Assembly: GCA_951406725.2 (NCBI GenBank)
Contig: OX597826.1
Location: forward strand, 83,390,001-83,454,000
Source of the DNA: Octopus vulgaris
Taxonomy: Eukaryota
Length of the DNA stretch: 64,000 nt
Reading direction: 5' to 3'
Each line of letters starts with the position of its first letter. Position 1 is the stretch's first letter. Positions 52,701-64,000 of the stretch are shown here, one piece after another. The position numbers and the translations under genes are program-made. The notes under the pieces were generated by a model. It was given only the letters and a program-made list of their open reading frames with translations, was not told the origin of the DNA and made no database searches.

Positions 52701-53454
52701 TTATTACCATCATCATTATCCTCATCACCATCATTATCATTGTTAGTATTATTATCTTTACAATAATTACCATTATTATCAACTAAAGAGTAATTTCCAA
52801 GGGGTTTCAGGCCGCACAGCTGCAGAAGTACTGGACCCTAATTCAGAGAGAAAAATATTGTTTAAATTTCAAAACATTTTCCCTATTTGACAAAGGGTCT
52901 TTCTCCTCCCAAAAAATTCTTCACAGTTCTTGAGTTATAATGAATTTTACCAACAGAGATGACCCCTAACTTTCCCTCTTTTCGTTATCCTGACAGGTGA
53001 GGAAGGTGAGCTTCTCTTACAGGTGAGGAAGGTGTTCTTTGAACAGGCCATGCTATCTTTAAAGTGTTATGTTACCCTCTCTATTAGTAAATCATCATCA
53101 ACATTTAACATCTGTTTTCCATGCTGGCATGGATCGGAGAGTTTGACAGGCGCTGACAAACTGAAGAGCTGCAACAGGCACCAACTGTCTGTTTTTGCCT
53201 TGTTTCTCAACTGGACGAGGCCCTTCCTAATGTCGTCTCTACTTTACAGACTGTATTCAGTGCTTTTTACGTGGCACTGGCACAGGTGCTTTTTTAGGGT
53301 CACCATCATTCCTTCAGGTCTGGATTACGCTACTTAAACAGTACTTATTATATTGACTCATAAAACGATGACCTCAGCAGATTTTCAACATAAATACACA
53401 TCATAACACATTTGGTCAGACATGCTCCCATTTCTCCTCAATAATTTCCAGCAG

Positions 53455-54070
53455 AGACACAAAGCCAAACATTTGGAGCAATGGCTAGAGACAATTACAT
53501 CAAGCCAGAACTTTGTGCGTATTTTATTTTACCAATCCCAGAAGGGTGAAAAGCAAAGTTCAAATCTTTGACAAGATTTGAACTCAGAATATTGAAACTA
53601 ATACCTCAAGACACTTTGTAATACTCCCGCCAATCCACTGTCCTAAGCCAATAATAATCTTCTCTCCTAAGCCTGACACTTTGGAGGAGAGGGCTAAGTC
53701 AATTACATCAACCCCACACCTCAAATGGTATTGGTTTTATATCGACCCTGAAAGGCAGAAAGGGCAGTCAACCTTGGCAGAATTTGAACTCAGAACAGAA
53801 GAGGCAGAAGAAATGCCACTGAGTGTCTGACGTGCTAACATTTCTGCCACCTTCAATAAAATGTTTCTAAAATAGGAACAAGGCCTAAAATAGGGGGGTG
53901 GGGCGGGTTGATTACATCAACCACATCACTTAATTAAGTTCTTTATTTTATCAACCCCAGACAGGTGAAAGGTGAAAGATGACTTCAGTATCATTTGAAC
54001 TCACAATGTAAAGAGTCACAACAAATGCCATGTGGTATTTTTTCCAGCACTTTAATGATTCTGCTAATCC
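53455..54070 (-). mobile_element. Three tandem family A SINEs, CpG-decayed
   Basis: Three successive attacatcaa...gaaag...atttgaactca units. Confidence 0.8.
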
Positions 54071-57000
54071 AAATTAATAATTACAACAACAACAATAATG
54101 AGAAAAAATGAAGGAAAGAGTTGAAGATGTGAAGAAGAATGAACCTTGTTGGAAAGATTTAAACATAAAAGAGAATGGAAACTCGAAAGGAAGAAATGAA
54201 ATTTTGATAATGAAACAAAATGGGGGGACAGGGGGGATGGAAAGAAACAAACAAACAAAAATGTAAGAGCAACCGAAAAGATACAGTTAAAAAATATAAT
54301 ATAGGACTCTGCAACAAACTGCAGTTCAAATGATGGAACGATGAACTGCTGAAAAATAAAAGAAATTCAACAGAAGGTTCAAAATATACAAAAAAATATC
54401 AATAAAGATATGACAAAGCAATAACTAACATGTGCCAAACAGAAGGTTAAGAGACATGCGAGGGGGGGGGCGGGGGCGGTTCTTTGTCTCTCTCTTCTCC
54501 ACACCATTTTTTTGTATATGGGAATAACAATCATTAGCAGAAAGCCAGATGCAAATAAAATATGAGAAAGAATATAAAGTGAAACCAAGCAAAAATGGGG
54601 TGAAAAAGATTGTAATCTGTGTCAATGCTGAGATGAAAAAAAAGGAAAAAGAAGAGCAGCATAACCAGTGAGAAGAAGAAGAAGAAGGAGAAGAAGGAGA
54701 GAAAAAGAGCAAACGAGCTAAACTGGAATCAATTATGAAAACAATCAAGCAAAGAAGAAATTTGTTTTTTGTCTCTTTCTTAATAATCTATTGTTGATAG
54801 AGAATGGACAAAGGATTCCTAAATCAAAGCAGATTTCAGGAACATAGAATTATAAAAACAGAAAGAAAAATATTGTTTTTCTTCCCTTTTTTCTTTTTTT
54901 TTTTTTTAAGAAATATTTCCTCAAAATGTCTCTGACTGTAGATAATTTCTTAAATTAGACAATAAAGATTTTAGCTGAAACGGTAGAAAGAACAATAAAA
55001 AGAATGGGGAAAATTATGAAAGAAAAAAAACAAAAAAACGAAGGAAATCAGTCAAGTGTGGAAATGAGTGAGTTGGTAGAAAGACTAACAGATTTCATAC
55101 TCTATGAACAAATTAGAATTAAGTTAACGAAAATATAAAAATAAGAAAAGGAAAACAATCAAAAATCCAGGTGAGTCAATATGTTGGTCAGGACAAAAAA
55201 AAAGTCTTTGCAGGAAGTAAAAACAGTTTTCAGTGTAAATAAGAGCAGATAGCAAACTAGTTTTCAATTAAATACATTCAGCTATTTAATTAGGAGTTAA
55301 GAACCATTCCACATGATCAAAAGATAATGCATGCTAATTCTGCAGAAGTAAAACATGCAGCTCTACCCAATAAATTCAGTTTATAAAAGAAAATGTAGAA
55401 AGACTGGTGCTATGGATACCAATGCTATGTGATGCCTGAGTTTTTTCAATTATTTGAACATTTAATAACTTATCTTCAATTTTCATGCCAAACAAGGGAG
55501 AAAATTTCAAAGCTCTGGAGCAGATAACAAAAGCTGTTATAATCTCTCAAAAAATTAACTCTCAGACTAACCTGAAAAATTGAATGCTGTTGGAATATAA
55601 TTTGCTTGCAACAATAAGCCACCATTTTTTAAATGTCATTTGATTCAAAATTCATGAGAGATGAGATAATGAAGGAGACGACAACGTTAACAGGCAAATG
55701 ACCATCAAATCCATTTCGTGGTAAAAGATGATAAAATTCTGCTACACAGGAAGGGCTTTTGCTTACAGCTTATGTCAACTAAAAGAAGGAACAATCAAAA
55801 GAAACAAAGGGGCTGCTGCTGAGAGCAAGAATCATCATCATCATCATCATCAATGGCTGCTTAGGAGAGAATTGCTACTACAAGTGGTGGAGATATATAT
55901 TTATATAATCAGACCCTCCGTCAGATAAGCAGACATATATCTTTAGACAAACAAAATCACACAAGAATGGCTTCAACCAGGGTCGACTCTGGAAATTACT
56001 GAAAAAAATAACAGGCCTCATAAGTGGTAAAAACTAGGCATTGGTGAGAGGAAGCAGAAACACACACACACACACCCACAGCAGCTGACTTTATGGGTAG
56101 TGATGGCCATGATGCTAATAATACTCAGTCTTTCCTGTTCCAGAAATACAAAAGAAACAAAAAATCAATACTAGTAGGCAAAACAAAATAATCAATCAAT
56201 TCTTTTTCACCAGAATTCTTTGTATTATTTTTTTAGAAGAAAAAAGGCAATTTAGCAAAATAGCTTTGAAATGAAGTTGGGGTGGGGGTGGAAGTGGGTA
56301 AAACATAAAAGGTTTAATTAACTCAAACAGTTATGTTGAAAATTAAATTTAAGAAAGAAACTTTAGCAATTACATTTGAATATTCTTTTTACTACATCAA
56401 AAATAATTTCATGTTTTTAAAACCTTACAAATATAATGTTATTAATACAATTAAACTCTTTTTATTTTAACATTAGCAACAAACAAACGAAAACAAGCAT
56501 TTTTTTTTCTCTCTCCTAAGCTTGGAACTTTTACTTTGGTTAAGTAGAGACGTTATGTCCATTCACAAAGAACATAAGCATTTTGAATGAAACGTGGAAC
56601 AACTTAGAAACCAAAACTGGTTCACTGGTTCTTACAGATTCTGAGATGTTATATTGATAGGGTTTTCTTTCAGAGGTGTACACTACATTTACATTTAATT
56701 AAATATAGAAACAACAACAAAAATGTTCTTGTTTGTTTTTTTTTTAATTAAAATTAGGATTTCCTTCAAAATTAAAATTAAAACCAAAGTAAAATTAAAA
56801 AAAATTTGTTGAATAATCTACAAGACAATTTTTAAGAACCAAATCTCTAACTCAGTGAGATTTTACTTAAAATCTTTTGAGTACTAAACTAGACATAGCG
56901 AAACAGCTAATCCAGTGCTCAAGCATGAGGGGCCCCTTTGGCTGATGCTCAGATAGAAATACTTAACAAAAAATAATATTCATGAGAGTCTCGTCTAGCA

Positions 57001-58194
57001 TTGGCTAAAAGTTCGTTAATTTCAAGAGAACAGTTGATTATATAAACCTCAGTATTTGTCTGTGTACTACTAACCCAAGGAAAATTCATCTGAGCAGGAC
57101 TTGAACTCAAAACTTTGGGGAACCATAACTTTGTAGTCCAGAAGTTCATTTTGTAAGCATGCAGTGTTGGGTTCAGTCCCACAGTGCAGAACCTAAGGCG
57201 AGTGTCTTGGGAAACAAAAAGCTGCATTCAGCTCATCGTGAGTGCATGCGTGCATGCAAATGTGCATGTATGTTGATACTGCACTTGTCACCATTTCAGT
57301 GAAACAGCGATAATGTTGACATTCTTTGTTGCCCTTCTGATTGGTTGCTCTACACTCTCAAAGACCTTTGAAATATAAAAATCGTTTCTCTGAAAAACAG
57401 GTGAGGGCTGGCAGCAGGAAGGTCAGCCAGTCACATTTTCTGACCTCAAATCAATTCTCATCCAACCCATACAAGCATGGGAAACAGAGGTTAAGTGAAC
57501 GAACAAAGAAAGAATGAACACAAATGGATCTCTGAGACATTGGCAGACTGAAAATTGTGGATGTGTTGAGTGATGTAAAGAAGGAAAGGAATTCTGAAGA
57601 GAGTTTCATCCTTCCAGCAATGAAAAAAATCAAATGATTAAAAGAATACACAATACAAAGTGAAACCAGAACAAGAGAATGAAAGAACCTGAAGACATTC
57701 TAGGTTGGATGCCAACAATGGATTGTCCTGACAATAAATTGTCTTTGGACAAACGAATGGCTAATGAATTGTCTCACCACCATGGACAAAGGGTTTTATT
57801 GATGTAAAGTAGTTCAGTTGGATGCAGAATTCTTTTGTTTTCTTCTTCTTCTTCTTCTTTGATTACTCAGATTTATGTGACTACCTGACAGCCAACAGGT
57901 TTCACTCCCTGCTTCATAGCTGAGTTGTTAGAGATAAGAAGATCCCCCCCCCCCCGCCACTGCCCTCTGTCCCAGCAGCTGTAAAAGTAAAGTGCTACAA
58001 CAAAATCGTTCAACTCAATGAAAAGAAAATAATTAATTACAGCTCAGGTGAGTGTATTCACCTGATAAAAGATATCATTGATTGTATTCGATAACACAAT
58101 AACAGTCGTATAACATTTTTTCTGCTTTTGTTGCCGATAATGAACAAGTATTAAAAAATAAACATTTCTTATTCAAGATAAATAACAACAATGA

Positions 58195-58410
58195 AAATGG
58201 TTTCTGATTAAGGTACAAGACATGTAATTTTGAGTGGAAGGGCTTTAGCCAACACCTTTAGCCAACACCCTCAACTCCAGGACTCAACTGGTACTTTATT
58301 TTATTGAGAGATGAAAGGTAAAGTCAACAAGCTGACAACAGAATTTGAACTCAGAACATAAAGAGCTGGAATCAAATACTGCTTGGATGATTCTGCCAGC
58401 TGACTGCCAG
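58195..58410 (-). mobile_element. Family A SINE
   Basis: gatgaaaggtaaagtcaac...gaatttgaactcagaac...ttctgccagct. Confidence 0.75.
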
Positions 58411-60069
58411 GAGGAGGAGGAGGAGGAGGAGTAGGAAGTAAATCTGTTTGTTTGTTTGTGTGTGGGGTGGGTATGTATGTATGTATGTATGTATGTGGGT
58501 ATGTATGGATATATTGCAATGGCATAGAAAACATTTCAACTGGAGAGAACAAACTGATGCAGTAAATTCCAGCCAAAAGCCTGTGAAGGATGAAAGAAAT
58601 GTCAGAGAGTGGAGGGAAGAAAAAAAGAAATGCACAAATATTATAATAAAAAAAAAGAACAAAATAATAGAGCAATTAGGAGGAGAAAGAGAGAGTGTGA
58701 CAATGTGAGCAGCAATGAGTGAGTTGGTTAAAAGGATACTCAGGCACATAACTAAGTAAGTTTCCACTACAAACTGGCCCTGACTGCTACCATGGATATA
58801 ATGCTGCAATGCAAAAACATTTAGGGCTCAGTTACAGAATGCAGTTGAAAGCTAGAATGAATTTAAGGGCAAAAGTACATAAATAAAAAAAAAACCTTTG
58901 AATTTAAATGATTTCAGCTGGAACAAAAACAGGGTAAACAGAGATGACATTTGCTGGATCCTGATTCCATTCAAGCACCACCACCCTTTTTTGTTCTTCC
59001 TTTCTTTCTTTTGGGACTGCATACATCATTAAGAGAGAGAAAAGAAAAGACTACTAGTGACGAACAGGCAACTAATTATCTAATAATGCAGTGACCACTA
59101 CACATGTAACATTGTGTTTTCTTTCTTTCCCATTCACTAAAGTTGTAACAGTCACTGGAAAAAGCCTACTTTACTCTGGACAGGAAATGTAATCTCTGTT
59201 TACTCAGCGTAGGTATAAACACATTTCAGACACTAGCTTCTAATACTTGTTTGCAATGGACTCTTGTATATTTTCAGATCACAAAGTAAACAAAAAGAAA
59301 ACTTTGTATGCAGTCAAGCCTTTCTGAAAACTCAAGTTGCCAATGTTTTGCTACAAGAGTGAAACCTCATCCAGATTCCAGAATTGTTACCCTAATTGTT
59401 GCTGTTTGGTTCAAAGCCAACCTTCAAGCAGAATATGATCAAAGACTTTCTTCCCATCGTTCACATATCCCAAGCTACCGTGTGTCAATGTGACCTTCTT
59501 TGTTTAAAGCAGTTGGCGGTGATTTGGAAGGGATTTTGACAAGCGGTTCAAGTAGAATGAATTTATCATTCACAATAACCCCATTCACCCTACACAGGAC
59601 AAACATTACATAACAAGAGTTCATATGCTTCTAATAGAAAGCCCTACCAAGCATTTTTCTGTTTCTTATACCATAATATAAAATTTAAAAAAAAACAATA
59701 TATAATATTAGTATAATGATGCATGCATGAGACAACGGTGTATATGTTGTGATGTGAACCAAAAACTTCAACAAGATTTAAAAAGGTCAAATACAGAACT
59801 CATTAAACAGATTATAATCAATACAAACTCAATTATTGATTCGAAAGTCAAAAATGATCCACAAACAACAGACATGAATATAATTGGCAAAATACAAAAA
59901 AAACATTCAGAAAAACAACAAAATTCTTTCGTACAAATTACATTTGAAGCAAATGTATGTAATTATCTCTAAAAACAACTGACATACAAAACATTTGTGT
60001 GTGTGTGTGTGTGTGTGTGCACATCCATGGAACTTTCTCAAGTGGAACATAGTTCTTTAGTACTACACA

Positions 60070-61050
60070 ATGACATCCAGTTTAGTGGTTGGTGTAACTT
60101 TCAATTCCAAAGTTGGGTGCCAGACCTTCCAGGATCTTCCATATAAAATATCACTGCATATCTTTTACATCTTCTCTCTCAGGAGTCTCAGTTCTTCCGA
60201 CCTCTCCCACCAGTTCATCTGTTGCACCAAGTCAATCTTCTTTTTGCAGAGGCACTAAATTGCCTCGAGTTCTGCTGTTAGTTTAACACTTTGTAATGAT
60301 CACAGCTGGAAGCAGTAAACGCAGGCAACTGAAAACAAATGCTCTACTCCGGAGTAGCTTCATGTCCTTTTCATGTTGTTTTATTCCAGTTGCTTTCATC
60401 AGCCAACTTGCATACTGCCTTCAGATCTTTCTCCAGTTTTCAGATGTCATCAGCACCCTTTAAACCCTAGCAACACATTTGTATCATCAGCACAACAGGT
60501 GACAGTGGCTGACTGTACAACTGACGGTATGCCCGAGAGAACCACCACAAAGTGAGGGACTCCACTGAGAACTGATGTCTCCTCACAGACAATACCATTG
60601 GCTGCAACTGTAGCACTTCTACAACGTTTAGTTTTTGAAAAGGAATGCAGCCACTCTTGTAGCTTTTTGGCTGATGCCAAAGTCACACAGTTTGTGACAT
60701 CATCCCATGATCAATTCTATGGGAAGGCCTCGGCAATATCAGGAAAATATCACATCTACATTTGAGTGGTTGGGCTGTGGTTTCAGTGCTCAGTCATAAC
60801 AATGTAGTTGTTGTGTGAGGTCGCTCGATCCTGCTCAGAAGACTTCCTGCATTTTGGGGAGCAAGATATTTATTTTCCAGGAACAGGATCAACCTCCCCC
60901 TCCTCCTCCTTCTGATAATGGATTCCATATTCTTGCTAAGATGTGAGATCAGAAATTTTTAGCATCTGCTCTGCTCCCTCCTTTACGGACAGCATCTTAT
61001 ACCTTCTTTTAACATTTTAGGAAGTTTGCCACATGCAAGGAAACTCTGGA
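60070..61050 (-). mobile_element. Decayed CR1-like LINE RT fragment
   Basis: VDVIF..IAEAF, WLHSF, VLSGVP, SATVTCCADDT (YADD-like). Confidence 0.75.
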
Positions 61051-61529
61051 AAAGTATCCGTAGTGGGTTTGTGAAAACTTTCTCGCATGTCTATAAAAGA
61101 ATAACTAAAAACCCACCTGGGCCCACTGCTGAATTTGATTCCATCTCAACTTTTACATCCAATGTAATTGATAATTGCCTTTTTTCTGTGGACTTCTGCC
61201 ACCAAGCTTGTTTTGCTCCTGTTTATTGTCTTTCGGCCAAGTGAGAACACTTTTGCTCCTGTTCATAATATTGTCTGTCTTTTGTTTGCTTCACTCATCG
61301 GACTCTGGTTATGTTGTGGTACCACCTTGAAGGGTTTGGTAAACAAATCAACCCCAGCACTGATTTTTTTAACCCTGACACTTACTCTATCAGTCTCTCT
61401 GCCAAACTTCTAAGTTATGGGCAAACCAAAACTACGTGACAAGCAGGACGGGGAGGAATGGGGTGACGACAAACAGAAAAAACACAAATCATCATAATCC
61501 TTAAATGTCTGTTTTCCATGCTAGCATGG

Positions 61530-61638
61530 GTTACATACACACACACACATACATAAATACATACATACATACACACACATACATAAATACATACATACAC
61601 ACACATACATACATACATACATACATACACACACACAT

Positions 61639-61669
<31 letters not shown>

Positions 61670-61798
61670 TACATACACACACAAACATACATAAATACAT
61701 ACTTACATACACACACACATACATAATACATACTTACATACACACACACATACATAAATACATACTTACATACACACACACATACATACATACATACA

Positions 61799-61830
<32 letters not shown>

Positions 61831-61850
61831 GACACCCACCCATACATATA
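61530..61850. repeat. Compound (CA)/(TACA)n microsatellite
   Basis: Directly visible. Confidence 0.95.
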
Positions 61851-61851
61851 A

Positions 61852-62165
61852 TAGGTAGTCCATTGGTGTCCAATGATGACAAACTCTTATATTCTCAGCA
61901 GCGGAAGTGCATGTGACCGCACAGTCCAAAGCTGGAAGAAGCACACAGGCAGCCGCAGACGTCACAGCAGCAGTCTCTGTTGCCTGGACTGAAGCAGATG
62001 CTGTCCTCTGACATCTTTCTCTTGCAGCATCATGACACTCTCAACCGGCCATCTTTGAAAGCAGCTGCTGCTTGTGAGGTGAAGGACCTCCACGTTGATC
62101 TGTCTGCAGCAGAGGCTCCGAGTCTGCAGCAGCTAATGCCACACATACATACAATGTGTGTGTGT

Positions 62166-62236
<71 letters not shown>

Positions 62237-62650
62237 TACGTATATATATATATATATATATGCCAGGCTTCTCTCAGTTCCCATCCCCCAAATCCATTCG
62301 CATGGCCTTGTTCAGCCCAAGGCTAAAGTAGGAGACATATTCCCAAGGCTGCAACCCAGGACAATATGATGGTGGGGGGGGGGGGAAAGGCTTGTTGCTA
62401 CACAGGCACACCTATAATATATACACACAAATAAATAATCATTTTGTTTTTTTCGCCTCTGGTTCTCCCTTCGTGCCACAGCCATGAGTCGGCCAACTCC
62501 ATTACGACAGCATGGTCTTACTGCCAGAGGCCAACACGTTGCTGTTCTCCAAGTAAGCCATCTCTTATTCTGCATGTCTTGCAAGGCACAAAGCTGTCAA
62601 ATGATTTATTGACAAGGGAAATGGGATGCAGTGTCACTGCCTGCAGGTGA
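61852..62650 (-). mobile_element. RTE-clade LINE 3' fragment interrupted by a microsatellite and a family B SINE (about 62260-62415)
   Basis: AADRSTWRSFTSQAAAAFKDGR, decayed C..C..C end, terminal catcattggacaccaatggactacc. Confidence 0.65.
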
Positions 62651-62826
62651 AGGGGCTATGGTGAGACCCCCAAATATAAACTATAAACAAATACACACAT
62701 TTATGCACAAATATTGTATAGGACAGGCTTTTTTTTCAATTTCTCACTAGAAAATATTATTCACAAGACTTTGATTGGCCAGAAGCCATCGTAGAAGACA
62801 CTTACTGTGCAGTAAAACCACAGGTG

Positions 62827-62857
<31 letters not shown>

Positions 62858-62886
62858 GGTGCATGTCTTTTCTCTTTTTTCTCTCC

Positions 62887-62936
<50 letters not shown>

Positions 62937-63774
62937 CAACACACACACATGCCCACACTCGTTTGATAGAATATTGGCTAATTAGTTGAATACACTCCCA
63001 AAGAAAATCTTTATAACATCTAAGTGTTAAATATGGCGACCATAATGTAAGGGTGACAGCAATTGTGGTGGTGAGGTGGTGGTGGTGGTGGTGGTGTTAG
63101 AGTCTGTGTAGTATGATATCATAGTCATGTGACAACCTTTAATGAATCTGCAAGTCATCTTTCCATGATTCATTGTGTTAAATACACATAACCACCAAAC
63201 ACACACACACACACCAGCAGAGTGGAGCTGTCTATGCCAAAAGGTCCATATCCTGACATAATTTCTTTAACATAAATGATAAGAATTATTTAAGAGCCAA
63301 AATGGCTGAAACAGCGAAATCTTTTTTTTTAAGCATGCATAAAGCAAACAGAAATCCTTGTCACTTGCAAAATCTGACACCCATCTTCACTTCTTTCCTT
63401 TCTTCATATATATACATATATATACATATATATATACATAAAGAATGGAAGACAAGATGGACTGTGTATGTATATATTATATATAACGGTTCCACAACTC
63501 CCATCTCAGCTAAGAGCTTGGAGCCCTGCTAATCTGTTACACCACTTACCCAGCATCCCTATTTAGACCACCAGTAAACTAAACCCCCATATTTTGTCAT
63601 CGTCATCGTTTCCATGCTGGCAAATGGGGGAACCTTTTCCAAGAAGCAGGTCACATGAAACATGCCTCGTTATCAGGTGGACTGGATCACTAAAGCAAAA
63701 GGGAAGGTAATTTTTGGACACTGTGGGCCACAGGTGGCCAACAACTGGTTTCAATGATGAATGCCTGCCTTGTT

Positions 63775-63966
63775 TGAGCCAACAAGGAAGCCACTATATA
63801 CTCGCTCAAGAAATTAGTAATAGCAGCCAAATATGCCTCATATCACACCCTACAAGTTGGAAAATGCAGTCTTACATTCCTTGCACAGGAGAAAATCGGA
63901 TGGTCACTACTGGGATGGTTTTGATCATAAGGCTGCTTGATCAAGACTGACCATGGGCTAAACAAC
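63775..63966 (+). mobile_element. Family C interspersed repeat
   Basis: taatagcagccaaatatgcctcatatcacacc...gatggtcactactgggatggttttgatcataaggctg...gggctaaacaac. Confidence 0.7.
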
Positions 63967-64000
63967 TCTTCTTTTTCTTTTCTTTAAACTGATGATCAAC

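Overview
Repeat-dense, AT-rich, non-coding eukaryotic DNA. The SINE families and the very high microsatellite density resemble coleoid cephalopod (Octopus) genomes; this assignment rests on recalled repeat families, not a search. I find no confidently intact host protein-coding gene, rRNA, tRNA or CRISPR array. The window holds many tRNA-derived SINEs, decayed LINEs (RTE, L1/Tx1-like, R4/Dong-like, HERO-like, CR1-like), a Penelope-like RT/GIY-YIG fragment, DNA transposons (mariner/Tc1 relics, a Buster-type hAT, a hAT MITE with an 8-bp TSD, a probable Helitron 5' end), a 29-bp minisatellite and a 5.3-kb array of a 40-bp satellite. The most notable item is a 366-bp TSD-flanked element at 37409-37774. 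It joins a tRNA-like Pol III head to inverted Penelope-like termini that each carry a mutated minimal hammerhead ribozyme motif. An unrelated hammerhead lies at 8946-9031 between two (TA)n tracts. CpG content falls sharply at about 33.5 kb, suggesting entry into a methylated gene body. Boundaries of decayed elements are approximate.
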